Source: Syntrophorhabdaceae bacterium (lineage in GTDB: Bacteria > Desulfobacterota > Syntrophorhabdia > Syntrophorhabdales > Syntrophorhabdaceae). From it: a DNA stretch of 64,000 nucleotides. The stretch lies in contig CAXXUO010000001.1 in assembly GCA_963666485.2 (NCBI GenBank), positions 352,001-416,000 on the forward strand, in the 5' to 3' direction. Positions 1 through 9,854 of the stretch are shown here, piece by piece (positions within the stretch are counted from its first letter, which is position 1; each line of letters opens with the position of its first letter). Both the position numbers and the translations under genes were made by a program. Below the pieces are notes generated by a model. That model did no database searches. It was not told the DNA's origin and was given only the letters and a program-made list of their open reading frames with translations.

Positions 1-398
1 TGCTCCTTAAGGGCCTCTTCGCCGGCTACATGCCCGGCCGGACGCCGGCCCGGTTGTTCGACAGGTACATCACGCACCACGCCGCCGGTACGACCATTTT
101 TAACGAGGGCGATGACGGCGGGACAATGTTCTATGTCATCGAGGGCTCGGTGGACATAAACCGGGAGGGAAAGCATATATGCACCATGGCCGCCGGCGAG
201 TACTTCGGCGAGATGTCCATGCTCCTCGGCACAAGCAGGACCGCCGCGGCCATCGCCGCGCAGGAAACAAAGCTCGTCCCGATATCACAGGATAATTTCA
301 ACATAATACTCCGTGAAAACGCCCCTATCGTTCTCGCCATACTGAAGGAAATGGCGGACCGGCTGAAGGATACGGATGAATCGCTCGTTCATCGGTGA
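1..398 (+). CDS. cNMP-binding (Crp/Fnr-type) domain protein, 5'-truncated by window edge
   Basis: IFNEGDDGGTMFYVIEGSV...GEYFGEMSML...RTAAA is a cNMP-binding signature; the frame is open back to position 3. Confidence 0.8.
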   Translation, partial: LLKGLFAGYMPGRTPARLFDRYITHHAAGTTIFNEGDDGGTMFYVIEGSVDINREGKHICTMAAGEYFGEMSMLLGTSRTAAAIAAQETKLVPISQDNFNIILRENAPIVLAILKEMADRLKDTDESLVHR

Positions 399-408
399 AG
401 AACGGCGT

Positions 409-496
409 ACGGCTAACGGCTAACGGCTAACGGCTAACGGCTAACGGCTAACGGCTAACGGCTAACGGCTAACGGCTAACGGCTAACGGCTAACGG
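409..496 (+). repeat. Perfect heptamer tandem array (GGCTAAC)x12 plus partial units
   Basis: Read directly; starts about 10 bp after the upstream stop codon. Confidence 0.97.
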
Positions 497-594
497 AAAA
501 AAAGTTTTTCAGGAAAATACCACATATCGGGAAGTATTTAGCGCGGGGGACATCTTTTTAAATTTTTTTGATAGGTGAAGTGAAGCCTTACGCC

Positions 595-1800
595 TTATAC
601 GGTCTCCGCATTAAGGGTGCCCTTATGGAGCGTGATTGTGAGCGCTTCGCCTGATGCTACCGTGGATGCGTCGGTGACGATCGCGCCGGTGCCGGCGCGG
701 GCGGTGATGCTGTAGCCGCGCTCTAATATGGCTGTCGGGTTCAAGTCCCCGACCCGCTGGGAAAGGGAGCCTAATTTTACGCGCCTGTTCGTCATGTAGA
801 GTTCCATATTCCGCTCCAAACCCGCCGAGAGTTCGTCAAGATAGATCCTGTGCGAATCGAAGAAATCTTTCCTGTCCTTGAACTCCATGACATTACGGAC
901 GAGGTCGTATTTTGCCCGATCGATCTTTTTCCGCATTGCCTGGCAGAGCGCCTCGCTCATCCCGGCGATGTACCGTTTCAGGTCGGCCTTGTCAGGGCAG
1001 ACGATCGCGGCAGCGGCTGTCGGGGTGGGGGCGCGGACGTCCGCCACGAGATCGGCGATCGTGAAATCCACCTCGTGGCCAACCGCCGAGACGATCGGTA
1101 TCGCTGAATCGAATATCGCCCGTGCGAGCAGTTCTTCATTGAACGGGGCGAGATCTTCGTACGACCCCCCTCCCCTGCCGATAATGATCACATCGACATC
1201 CCCCGCTTCATTGAAACAACGGATCCCGTCCGCGATCTCACCGGCCGCTTCGGCGCCCTGAACTGATGCGGGATAAAGCTCGACAGGAATATTGCCGAAC
1301 CTTTCATGGATGATGCGGAGCATGTCGCGTATCGCAGCACCCGCGGGCGACGTGACGATGCCGATGCATCGCGGGAATGCCGGAAGGGGTTTCTTGCGGC
1401 CCTCGTCGAACAGGCCTTCCTTGAAAAGCTTTTCCTTGAGCTCGAGGAAGCGCAGGTACACGAGGCCCTGGTCGCCTTTCCTCATGAGATCGCTCACGAT
1501 GATCTGGTATTCGCCCCGCTTCTCGTAGATATCGATGCGGCCCTTGCACAGAACGCGCTCGCCATCTTTTACTACCTTGCCACCGGACACCCGGCTCGCG
1601 TAGTTGAAGAGGACCGCCCGTATCATGGCGGAATCGTCTTTGAGCGTGAAATAAAAATGACCGGACGGGTAGAGTTTGGCATTCGATACCTCGCCCTCGA
1701 CCCGGACATCCCGGAACCTTCCGCTGACAAATCTTTTGAGCTCGGCCGTCAGTTCGGAGACGGTGAAAAGACCTTCTTCCTTCTGAACGAACAATGTCAT
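595..1800 (-). CDS. xseA: Exodeoxyribonuclease VII large subunit
   Basis: VEGEVSN...SGHFYFTLKD, IVTSPAGAAIRD, GRGGGS, SAVGHEVD, APTPTAAA; ATG at 1800 overlaps the thiC stop (ATGA). Confidence 0.95.
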   Translation of the reverse strand: MTLFVQKEEGLFTVSELTAELKRFVSGRFRDVRVEGEVSNAKLYPSGHFYFTLKDDSAMIRAVLFNYASRVSGGKVVKDGERVLCKGRIDIYEKRGEYQIIVSDLMRKGDQGLVYLRFLELKEKLFKEGLFDEGRKKPLPAFPRCIGIVTSPAGAAIRDMLRIIHERFGNIPVELYPASVQGAEAAGEIADGIRCFNEAGDVDVIIIGRGGGSYEDLAPFNEELLARAIFDSAIPIVSAVGHEVDFTIADLVADVRAPTPTAAAAIVCPDKADLKRYIAGMSEALCQAMRKKIDRAKYDLVRNVMEFKDRKDFFDSHRIYLDELSAGLERNMELYMTNRRVKLGSLSQRVGDLNPTAILERGYSITARAGTGAIVTDASTVASGEALTITLHKGTLNAETV

Positions 1801-3086
1801 TTCTTCTTTTTCAGGTGGTCCTTCATCAGCTTCATCGAGCAAAACTCACCGCACATGCTGCAGACATCGTCCTTCAGGTTCCGTTCCTTCCTGAAACTCT
1901 TTATCTTGTCGGGATCGATCGCGCACTCGATCTGACCTTTCCAGTCAAGCGCCTTCCGGTAGGTGGACATTGCCTTGTCAAGCGCGAAGGCCTTCTGGTT
2001 GCCGCGGGCCAGGTCGGCGGCGTGGGCTGCTATCTTCGTCACGATGACGCCATCCCGCACATCCTGCGGCAGGGGCAGGCCAAGGTGTTCCGACGGGGTA
2101 ACGTAGCACAGGAAATCGGCGCCGTAATATCCCGCCAGTGCCCCGCCGATCGCCGATGTTATATGGTCGTACCCGGGAGCGATGTCGGTCACGATGGGAC
2201 CGAGGACATAGAACGGGGCCTCGTTGCACAGCCTTTTCTGAAGGACCATATTGGCCTCGATCTGGTTGATCGGGACATGGCCCGGGCCTTCTATCATGAC
2301 CTGGACGCCCTGGTCGATCGCCTCCTGGCACAGCTCGCCTAAGGTTATCAGCTCCTGGATCTGGCCGCGGTCGGTCGCGTCGGCTATGCATCCCGGCCTC
2401 AGCGCGTCCCCGAGGCTCAACGTCATGTCATATTTCTTCGCGATGGCGATCAGCCTGTCGTAATTCTCGTACAGCGGGTTCTCTTTCCCGTTCACGATGA
2501 TCCACTCGGCGAGGAACGCCCCGCCGCGGCTCACGATATCGGTCACCCTTCCCTGGTTGCGCAGCCGGTCGATCGCGCTTTTCGTCACGCCGCAGTGGAC
2601 CGTGACAAAATCCACACCGTCGGCGCCGTGCTTTTCGATGACGTCAAAAAGGTGGTCGGGGTCCATCTTCGTTATAGGTTTCTTTTTCGCCACCGTCTCG
2701 ACTGCCGCCTGGTAGATCGGCACCGTGCCGATCGGTATTTTGGCTGCGCCGATGATGATCTTGCGGATCGCATCGAGATCGCCGCCGGTGCTCAAGTCCA
2801 TGACGGCATCGGCCCCGGCGTCCCGAGCGATAGCGAGCTTTTCAAGCTCTTCTTCGACATTGACGCGTTCGGGGGACGTGCCGATGTTGGCGTTCACCTT
2901 GACGCTCATTCCCTTCCCGACGCCTTTCGGGGTGAAATCCTTGTGCCTGTTGTTTGCAAGGATCGCCGCCTTGCCCTCGGCGATAAGCCTGCGAAGCTCT
3001 TCCTTATCGATACCTTCATCGCGGGCAACGCGTTCCATTATCTTCGTGATCTTGCCTTCCCGTGCTGCAATCAATTGATTTTTCAT
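1797..3086 (-). CDS. thiC: Phosphomethylpyrimidine synthase ThiC (short form)
   Basis: KVNANIGTS, VMDLSTGG, SRGG, LSLGDALRPG, EGPGH, YVTPSEHL, C-terminal CSMCGEFC; SD before ATG 3086; next to thiD. A BzaA/B/F paralog is not fully excluded. Confidence 0.88.
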   Translation of the reverse strand: MKNQLIAAREGKITKIMERVARDEGIDKEELRRLIAEGKAAILANNRHKDFTPKGVGKGMSVKVNANIGTSPERVNVEEELEKLAIARDAGADAVMDLSTGGDLDAIRKIIIGAAKIPIGTVPIYQAAVETVAKKKPITKMDPDHLFDVIEKHGADGVDFVTVHCGVTKSAIDRLRNQGRVTDIVSRGGAFLAEWIIVNGKENPLYENYDRLIAIAKKYDMTLSLGDALRPGCIADATDRGQIQELITLGELCQEAIDQGVQVMIEGPGHVPINQIEANMVLQKRLCNEAPFYVLGPIVTDIAPGYDHITSAIGGALAGYYGADFLCYVTPSEHLGLPLPQDVRDGVIVTKIAAHAADLARGNQKAFALDKAMSTYRKALDWKGQIECAIDPDKIKSFRKERNLKDDVCSMCGEFCSMKLMKDHLKKKK

Positions 3087-3166
3087 AGTTGTTTCATCTC
3101 CGTCAAAATAAGTAGGTTCGCTAGCCTGCCGCAGGCCGGGTTGCGGGTCATCCTTCTTCAAGGTTT

Positions 3167-3961
3167 TCATTGCGCCGGCCGGCACGCCGTTGAAACATAA
3201 TAATATCCGTTCTCATCTATCCTGTAGCGCCTCCCGATAAGCTCCTCGAAAGCGCCCTCGGTGGCGGTGAATGCATCGGGCAGGGGATATCCCCTCGCCA
3301 GGAAACATGTCAATATTGCAGAAAAGGAGCAACCCGTGCCGTGGATGGCCGCATCGAGCCGTTTTCTTTCGTGAAGCAAAAAATCGTTGCCATCGAAGAA
3401 AACGTCTACGGGGTCTCCTTCAAGGTGTCCGCCCTTCACGATAACCGCGCGCGGCCCCTGCGACCTTATCGCAGCCGCCGCGGTCTTCGCGTCGTCCACG
3501 GTCCGCACCTTCCTGCCTGTGATGACCGATGCCTCGTCGGCATTCGGCGTCAGCACCGTGGTTTTCTCGAAAAGAAGGGAACGGCAGGCCGATATCCCTC
3601 TTTCACTGATGAGGGATATCCCGTTCTTCGCCGCGAAAACCGGGTCAAAGACGACCGGGACACCTTCCCGCGACCCGATGAAAGCGGCCGCTTCCCGTGT
3701 GCAGGTCTCACTGCACAGGACGCCCAACTTTATGCCCTTCACGCTGACGCCTCTCGTTGCCGCCGCCAGGGTATCGCGAAAAAGCGCCGCAGGCGCGGCT
3801 TTTATCCTCTCGACCCCTTGAGGCCCCTGGACCACGGTGCATGTCGGTACGGCTATACCGTGAAAACCGAATGAAAAAAAGGTGTCGACGTCCCTTATGA
3901 TCCCCGCCCCGGACGAGGCGTCGAACCCGGCCAGGGACACGATGCTGTTCATTATATCCAT
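3167..3961 (-). CDS. thiD: Hydroxymethylpyrimidine/phosphomethylpyrimidine kinase
   Basis: LAGFDASSGAG, KLGVL, DPV, TPNADEA, VKGGH, HGTGCSFS. Confidence 0.88.
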   Translation of the reverse strand: MDIMNSIVSLAGFDASSGAGIIRDVDTFFSFGFHGIAVPTCTVVQGPQGVERIKAAPAALFRDTLAAATRGVSVKGIKLGVLCSETCTREAAAFIGSREGVPVVFDPVFAAKNGISLISERGISACRSLLFEKTTVLTPNADEASVITGRKVRTVDDAKTAAAAIRSQGPRAVIVKGGHLEGDPVDVFFDGNDFLLHERKRLDAAIHGTGCSFSAILTCFLARGYPLPDAFTATEGAFEELIGRRYRIDENGYYYVSTACRPAQ

Positions 3962-4108
3962 GATACCCGGTCTGCTAAATAACCCTGCTCACGAAGACGG
4001 CAACCCGGCAAAGCCCGATATACCCCTTCGATTTTGTTATTAAAACTGTAAACTATATCATATATGCGGCTTCAGGGGCTATATAATTATCCCTTGACGG
4101 GCATACGT

Positions 4109-4156
4109 TCGACGCTTTTGTCGACTCATGTGCGGGGCGTCGACATTTATTTCCGA
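4109..4156. promoter_or_regulatory. Putative upstream activator sites for a sigma54 activator
   Basis: Palindrome TCGAC-N6-GTCGA at 4109-4124 plus an imperfect second copy at 4140-4156, about 75-120 bp upstream of the -24 box. Confidence 0.5.
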
Positions 4157-4230
4157 TAAAATCTGCGCATGCAGGAACATGGCATGTTATTTGTCCCGTA
4201 GAATCGTGGACTTATAAAAATGTTACGGGA

Positions 4231-4245
4231 TGGCACGATAATTGC
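4231..4245 (+). promoter_or_regulatory. Sigma54 -24/-12 promoter
   Basis: TGGCACGATAATTGC matches TGGCACG-N4-TTGC; upstream of the ZraP-like gene, with a sigma54 activator in the same cluster. Confidence 0.88.
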
Positions 4246-4291
4246 CAAACTAAATATCATGATTTGCAAAAAACCAATTTCGGAGGTTACA

Positions 4292-4801
4292 ATGAAAAAG
4301 TTTACCGGGGTAGTCGTGGTCGTGTTTTTGTTGCTGTTCGCAACGAGTGTCATTGCCTTTGGCCAGGGAGCCGGGTACGGCATGGGCCAGGGCGGCGGGT
4401 ACGGCATGGGCAAGGGCGGCGGGCCCGGCATGGCAGGCCATTGGGGCGTTAACCTCTCCAAGGACCAGCAGGACAAGATGTGGCAGTTGCGCGAGAAATT
4501 TAATAACGACACGTCTGCGCTGCGCTACGAAATGTTCCAGAAACGGAACGAACTGAGAACGTTATTTGCCGACCCGAAGGCAACGGATGCACAGATCCTC
4601 GCGAAGGAAAACGAGGTCAACGCCTTAAGGCAGAAGATGCACGACAGGATGATCCGTTTTAAACTTGAACAGAGGAAGATCTATACACCGGAACAGCTCC
4701 AGCAGCTCTCCCAGAGAGGCGGCTTCGGCGGACGCGGAATGGGCGGCGGCATGGGACGCGGAATGGGCGGCGGCATGGGTGCCGGTGGATGCGGCTTCTA
4801 G
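4292..4801 (+). CDS. Periplasmic Spy/CpxP/ZraP-family chaperone or metal-sensor protein
   Basis: GGAGG SD, signal peptide, Gly/Met-rich termini, LSKDQQDK...YTPEQ motifs. Confidence 0.82.
   Translation: MKKFTGVVVVVFLLLFATSVIAFGQGAGYGMGQGGGYGMGKGGGPGMAGHWGVNLSKDQQDKMWQLREKFNNDTSALRYEMFQKRNELRTLFADPKATDAQILAKENEVNALRQKMHDRMIRFKLEQRKIYTPEQLQQLSQRGGFGGRGMGGGMGRGMGGGMGAGGCGF
4730..4777 (+). repeat. Perfect 24-bp in-frame duplication encoding GRGMGGGM x2
   Basis: GGACGCGGAATGGGCGGCGGCATG occurs twice in tandem. Confidence 0.9.
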
Positions 4802-4840
4802 CAAAGGCTTCCGGCATAGCCGGTATGAAGAGAGAACATC

Positions 4841-4874
4841 CGGGAAGGCGGGCCATGAAGGCCCGCCCTTCCGG
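4841..4874 (+). other. GC-rich intergenic hairpin without a U-tract (possible mRNA stabiliser or attenuator)
   Basis: GGAAGGCGGGCC-atgaa-GGCCCGCCCTTCC. Confidence 0.55.
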
Positions 4875-4892
4875 GCAGAAAAGGGAGGGAGT

Positions 4893-5282
4893 ATGAAAAG
4901 GATCCTCACAGTAACAGTCCTCGTGATCATTGCGGGATTTTTTGTCGTTTCGTGCGCATCCGAGGGCTACAACACCCAGAAGGGGGCTGCGATCGGCGCG
5001 GGCCTTGGCGCGATTGCCGGCCAGGTGATCGGCGGCAACACGGGGTCGACCCTCATAGGCGCCGCAGTCGGCACCCTCGTCGGCGGGATAGCCGGGAATG
5101 CCGTGGACCAGCACGTGACAAACCAGCAGAAAGCGGGCACACAACAGGCAGGCGCATACCCTTCATCGAGCCAGGTGACCCCTCAGGACCAGCCTCCCGG
5201 ACAATGGGTTGAAGTGCCGGGTCAGTGGATAGGCGGGAAGTGGGTACCTTCGCACAAGGTATGGGTTCCTGTCAATCCATGA
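4893..5282 (+). CDS. Glycine-zipper (YMGG-like) lipoprotein
   Basis: Lipobox VVSC, TQKGAAIGAGLGAIAGQVIGG...GAAVGTLVGGIAG, Trp/Pro-rich tail; GGGAGG SD. Confidence 0.82.
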   Translation: MKRILTVTVLVIIAGFFVVSCASEGYNTQKGAAIGAGLGAIAGQVIGGNTGSTLIGAAVGTLVGGIAGNAVDQHVTNQQKAGTQQAGAYPSSSQVTPQDQPPGQWVEVPGQWIGGKWVPSHKVWVPVNP

Positions 5283-5707
5283 CATTTTTTGCTGCACTGG
5301 TCTTATTCCTTCTGTTTATCATGCCCCCTGTTTGGGCCCAGAATTCGTATTCTGAGTTCGAGAGGGGGCTTGGGCTTTCAGAGCCGCAGAGAATGCAGGT
5401 CGAAGACATACGGAACAGGTACGTCAATGAATGGCAGGTGCTGCGGCAGGAATCCGCGCGCAAAAGGATGGAACTGAGGGAGCTCAGCAAAGATCCTGTC
5501 ACGAACGCCGGGAGGATGAACCGGCTGCAGGGCGAACTCCAGGAACTGGACACTGCCAGGCACAATTCCTACCAGCAATACCGTTCCGAGGTCTCGCGGA
5601 GCCTTAACGAAAGGCAGAGGCAGCAGTACAATAATTTCTGCGACCAGGAACGCAGAAAGAGAATGGGGCGCGAGCGCGGGTTCGGCCAGGGTTGGCATGG
5701 GAGATAA
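5279..5707 (+). CDS. Periplasmic helical Spy/CpxP-like protein
   Basis: Signal peptide, LGLSEPQ and LNERQRQQY motifs; translationally coupled on both sides. Confidence 0.7.
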   Translation: MTFFAALVLFLLFIMPPVWAQNSYSEFERGLGLSEPQRMQVEDIRNRYVNEWQVLRQESARKRMELRELSKDPVTNAGRMNRLQGELQELDTARHNSYQQYRSEVSRSLNERQRQQYNNFCDQERRKRMGRERGFGQGWHGR

Positions 5708-7280
5708 GCGCGCTCTTGCTTTTCCTTTATTTTTCGCCTTTTTCCTCATACTCGTCACTTTAGCCGGTTTCTTCCAGATACGCATCATTCGCAGCAACAT
5801 CGAGCGGCAGCTGCAAGGTGAAGCCGAGGTCATCTTTTCCCATATCCAGAGGGAGATAGACCTCAATCTCGACTATCTTAACCTTCTCGACAGGTCCCCG
5901 GCGTTGATCACACCCTATTTTTACAACATCATGTCGTTTGATGAATCGATCATCGATGAGGTCGACTCCGCCCTTAAAGAGAGCTTTAAGGAGGGCGGCA
6001 AGCAGGACGTAAGCTCGCTTCCTTATGCCAATATCATCGAGTACGACATCTCGGGCACGGTCATTGCGAGCAAGGGCAGGCCCAACATCCCCGGGGACAC
6101 CCTCAGGAAACTGCGGTCCGGCAGCCAGGAAACGGTGATCAGGATGCCGATGCGGCATGACAGGGGCCTTCTCTTCGGCGAACGTTTCGGCAAGCGCATC
6201 GTTTTCGTCCGGATCGACCCCGGAGACCTCGAGGTGCTCCGGCGAAAGGTCATACTCAAGGACATCATCGAGCGGGAAGAGAAGAGGTTCAACATCGATG
6301 CGATCAGGGTGTATGACGTGAGCGGCAGGGTCTTCGCCGGATCGAAAGACAATCCCAAACGCGGCACGTTCATCCTCGACAGGGGCCTCGATTCCAAGCT
6401 GCTGCCCGGTTATCGCATGCGGATCTTCGTATCGCGTGACCTTGCCAGGGACACGGTCCAGAGGTCTTCGATCGGCTTTATCCTGATACTCGCCGTCCTT
6501 TTCATTTCGGGTGCCGGGAGCATCTATGGTTTCTTTGTCATGGAGCGCAAGTACTCCCGAAAAGTGAAAGAGATGGAACGTGAACTGGAGATGAAGGAAC
6601 GCCTGGTATCGCTTGGCAAGCTCGCCTCGGGAATGGCGCACGAGATACGGAACCCGCTCAACGCGATCGGCCTGTCTGTTCAACGCCTGAAAAGGGAGTT
6701 CGTGCCGGGAGAAGAAAAAAAGGATGAATACCTGGCATTCCTCGATATCATACGAAAAGAGCTTACGCGGGTGAACGGGATCGTCGAGGAATTCCTCCAG
6801 TCAACCCGTGCGCAGGCCCCCTTCAATAAAGAAAGCCTGCGGGACATCATCGAAGAGGTTATTATAATAGTCGGTGAAAAGGCCTCTTCGAAGGGCATCT
6901 TCATCGAGAACGCGACGGATACCGGGATAATTATCGAATGTCAGCGTGACAGGTTGAAGCAGGCATTCTATAATATCATTATCAACGCGATCGAATCGAT
7001 GCCCGAAGGCGGGAAGATCGCCGTAAACGTCAGACAGAAGGACCTGAACGTGGAGATATCCATCAAAGATTCGGGGCCGGGCATATCGGAAGAATCCCTG
7101 GGCCGGATCTTCGAGTATTATTACACGACCAAGGACAAGGGAATGGGCCTTGGTCTGCCCATTTCGTACATGATCGTAAAAGATCATGGCGGCGACATCA
7201 AGGCGACGAGCGCCGCCGGCCAGGGCACCACGTTCACCATCGTGCTGCCGGAAGGCCGCGACGGCGCAATGGACGCGTAA
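5697..7280 (+). CDS. Membrane sensor histidine kinase (ZraS/NtrB-like)
   Basis: Two TM segments, H-box AHEIRNPLN, N-box NAIES, G-boxes DSGPG and GMGLGL. Confidence 0.93.
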   Translation: MGDKRALAFPLFFAFFLILVTLAGFFQIRIIRSNIERQLQGEAEVIFSHIQREIDLNLDYLNLLDRSPALITPYFYNIMSFDESIIDEVDSALKESFKEGGKQDVSSLPYANIIEYDISGTVIASKGRPNIPGDTLRKLRSGSQETVIRMPMRHDRGLLFGERFGKRIVFVRIDPGDLEVLRRKVILKDIIEREEKRFNIDAIRVYDVSGRVFAGSKDNPKRGTFILDRGLDSKLLPGYRMRIFVSRDLARDTVQRSSIGFILILAVLFISGAGSIYGFFVMERKYSRKVKEMERELEMKERLVSLGKLASGMAHEIRNPLNAIGLSVQRLKREFVPGEEKKDEYLAFLDIIRKELTRVNGIVEEFLQSTRAQAPFNKESLRDIIEEVIIIVGEKASSKGIFIENATDTGIIIECQRDRLKQAFYNIIINAIESMPEGGKIAVNVRQKDLNVEISIKDSGPGISEESLGRIFEYYYTTKDKGMGLGLPISYMIVKDHGGDIKATSAAGQGTTFTIVLPEGRDGAMDA

Positions 7281-7301
7281 AAAGAAGAGAGGTTCTGATA
7301 T

Positions 7302-8660
7302 ATGGACAGGGTCGGCATACTGGTTGTCGAAGATGAAGAATCACAGCGGTCGCTCCTTGCCGGGCTTCTGAAAAACGAGGGGTACACGGTGGGCGAGGCC
7401 GCGGACGGGGCGACAGCCTACGAACTCCTCCAAAAGGGCATATACGAGATCGTCCTGCTTGACTATCGCCTTCCCGACACGGACGGGCTGGCTCTTCTCA
7501 AAAAAATAAAAGAGCTGAACCCGTCGACCGAGGTCGTGATGGTTACGGCATTCGGAAGCATCGAGAACGCGGTGGGCGCCCTGAAGGCCGGCGCGTCCGA
7601 ATACCTCACGAAACCGGTCGACCTCGACGACCTCTTGTTCAAGCTTCGCAAGATCGAGGAAAAGACATACCTTGTCCGGGAGAACATAGTCCTGCGCGAA
7701 ACGCTGCGCGACCGCTTCAAATCGGAAGAGTTCGTTTACCAGAGCGAAAAGATGCACGAAGTGTCGAGCCTTGTCGTGCGGATCGCAAAAACCGATTCGA
7801 CCTGTATCATAGGCGGCGAAAGCGGGGTAGGGAAAGAGGTCGTTCTCAACATGATCCATGCCTTGAGCGACCGCAAGGACTTCCCTCTTATCAAGGTGAA
7901 CTGTGCGGCGATACCGGAGACGCTCCTTGAAAGCGAGCTTTTCGGGTATGAAAAGGGGGCGTTCACCGGGGCATACCAGCGAAAACCGGGCAAGTTCGAG
8001 CTCGCCAACAAGGGTACGATCTTCCTCGACGAGATCGGCGATATACCGCTTCTTCTTCAATCGAAGCTGCTGCGGGTGATCCAGGAAAAGGAGATCGAGC
8101 GCCTGGGAGGTTCGCACCCTGTCAAGGTTGACGTCCGGATCATTGCCGCGACGAACAGGAACCTCGAGGAAGAGGTCAAGAAAGGGGCGTTTCGCGAGGA
8201 CCTTTACTACCGCCTCAATGTCGTGACGATAAACGTGCCGCCCCTCAGGGAAAGGAAAGAGGACATACCGCTTCTCATCGATTTTTTCCTGAAGAAGTAC
8301 AGCATCAAGCATAAGAAGAACGTCAAGGGGTTAACGAGAGAGGCGCGTGATGTCCTCGTAAAATATGATTATCCGGGAAACGTCCGCGAACTGGAGAACA
8401 TACTCGAACGGGCGATCGTTCTGACGCGGGGGGAGCATATCACGAGCGATGACCTGCCGAACCTCGCCGACCACGCCGCCGCTTCAGGCGACGGCAGCAT
8501 CCGGGGGACCGTGGAGTCGCTCGAGCGGTCGATGATCATCGAAGCGCTCGTGAATGCGGACTGGGTCCAGACAAAAGCAGCGCTGGCACTCGGCCTGTCG
8601 GAGCGCATGCTGCGCTACAAGATAAAGAAATACAACATCGTCAGATCGTCGCGATCGTGA
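7302..8660 (+). CDS. Sigma54-dependent response regulator (REC-AAA+-Fis HTH; ZraR/NtrC-like)
   Basis: GESGVGKE, ESELFGYEKGAFTGA, FLDEIG, FREDLYYRLNV, Fis-type KAALALGLSERMLRYKIKKY. Confidence 0.95.
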   Translation: MDRVGILVVEDEESQRSLLAGLLKNEGYTVGEAADGATAYELLQKGIYEIVLLDYRLPDTDGLALLKKIKELNPSTEVVMVTAFGSIENAVGALKAGASEYLTKPVDLDDLLFKLRKIEEKTYLVRENIVLRETLRDRFKSEEFVYQSEKMHEVSSLVVRIAKTDSTCIIGGESGVGKEVVLNMIHALSDRKDFPLIKVNCAAIPETLLESELFGYEKGAFTGAYQRKPGKFELANKGTIFLDEIGDIPLLLQSKLLRVIQEKEIERLGGSHPVKVDVRIIAATNRNLEEEVKKGAFREDLYYRLNVVTINVPPLRERKEDIPLLIDFFLKKYSIKHKKNVKGLTREARDVLVKYDYPGNVRELENILERAIVLTRGEHITSDDLPNLADHAAASGDGSIRGTVESLERSMIIEALVNADWVQTKAALALGLSERMLRYKIKKYNIVRSSRS

Positions 8661-8720
8661 TCCCAAACCCGCGAATCTTCGGGTAATTGAATATTTTCAC
8701 TCCGGATGTTATAGATACCT

Positions 8721-9851
8721 ATGCCAGATCCAGTACCGTACGAGATCACGACCCATGGCGACGGGGATGTAACCCTTGTTTTGACGGGAAGACTGGACCT
8801 TGCCCGTTTCGGCATCTTAAGCCCGCTCATTGAGGAGCTTTTCGCGTCGTATAAGCCAGTCAAACTCGATGTCGACATGGCCGGCATAGATCATATCGAT
8901 TCCACGGGTGCCCTGTTCATCATCAAGCTCGAGGATGAGGCGCGCGCGCGCGATGTCCCATTCTCCATCCGCGGCCTCTCTAAGGAAAAAATGGCGATCC
9001 TGGGCCTTATCGACAGGCATGCCATAGCTGCACCGAGCCTTGCACCCGCTGAACGCACCTTAAGCATAATCGAGAATCTAGGAAATGCGTCCATTAAAGC
9101 GGTACAGGACCTGTACGATATCACAGCTTTTTCAGGGGAGCTGGTCTATGAGCTCTTCCATTCAGCGAGACATATTCGCAAGGTTCGCTGGAGCGACGTC
9201 GTCTCCTACATGAAAAAGGTCGGCGTCGACGGCCTGCCCATCGTGGGGCTCATCAGCTTCCTCCTCGGCCTCATCATGGCCTTCATGTCCTCACTCCAGC
9301 TCAAGCAGTTCGGTGCGAACATCTACGTCGCATCGCTCGTGGCCGTCGCCATGATACGTGAGCTCGGGCCCATTATGACCGCCATTATCGTTGCCGGGCG
9401 GTCGGGCTCCGCATTCGCTGCCGAGATAGGCACCATGAAGGTGAACGAAGAGGTCGACGCCCTTGCAACGATGGGGTTCAGCCCGATGCGTTTCCTGACC
9501 ATCCCGAAGGTCATCGCCTCGTTGCTTACGGTGCCGGTGCTGACCATTTTTTCAAGCGTCTTTGCGATCATGGGGGGGCTCATCGTCGGGGTGGTGGGGC
9601 TTAACCTCACGATCTTTACCTATGTACAGCAGACGATGAAGGCTATCGCCATTTTCGATGTCGTATCGGGACTTGCTAAATCCGTTGTTTTCGCCATAAC
9701 GATATCCGCCATAGGGTGCCAGAGGGGCTTCAAGGTGCGCGGCGGCGCGGAAGCGGTCGGCAACGCGACCACGTCGGCGGTTGTTACGTCGATATTTCTC
9801 ATTATTGTTATCGATTCCACCTTTGCTATAATACTTCATTACATTCACTAG
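8721..9851 (+). CDS. mlaE: MlaE-family ABC permease with N-terminal STAS domain
   Basis: DMAGIDHIDSTG (STAS); RELGPIMTAIIVAGRSGSAFAAEIGTMKVNEEVDAL. Confidence 0.92.
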   Translation: MPDPVPYEITTHGDGDVTLVLTGRLDLARFGILSPLIEELFASYKPVKLDVDMAGIDHIDSTGALFIIKLEDEARARDVPFSIRGLSKEKMAILGLIDRHAIAAPSLAPAERTLSIIENLGNASIKAVQDLYDITAFSGELVYELFHSARHIRKVRWSDVVSYMKKVGVDGLPIVGLISFLLGLIMAFMSSLQLKQFGANIYVASLVAVAMIRELGPIMTAIIVAGRSGSAFAAEIGTMKVNEEVDALATMGFSPMRFLTIPKVIASLLTVPVLTIFSSVFAIMGGLIVGVVGLNLTIFTYVQQTMKAIAIFDVVSGLAKSVVFAITISAIGCQRGFKVRGGAEAVGNATTSAVVTSIFLIIVIDSTFAIILHYIH

Positions 9852-9854
9852 AAG

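Noticed and set aside
1797..3086. ThiC homolog as BzaA/B/F of cobamide lower-ligand synthesis
   Set aside because: Adjacent to thiD and no cobamide genes nearby; a phylogeny would be needed to exclude it fully.
3962..4100. TPP riboswitch upstream of thiD-thiC
   Set aside because: The conserved CTGAGA and CCTGA...TAATG...CGTAGG elements are not visible on the minus strand, here or before thiC.
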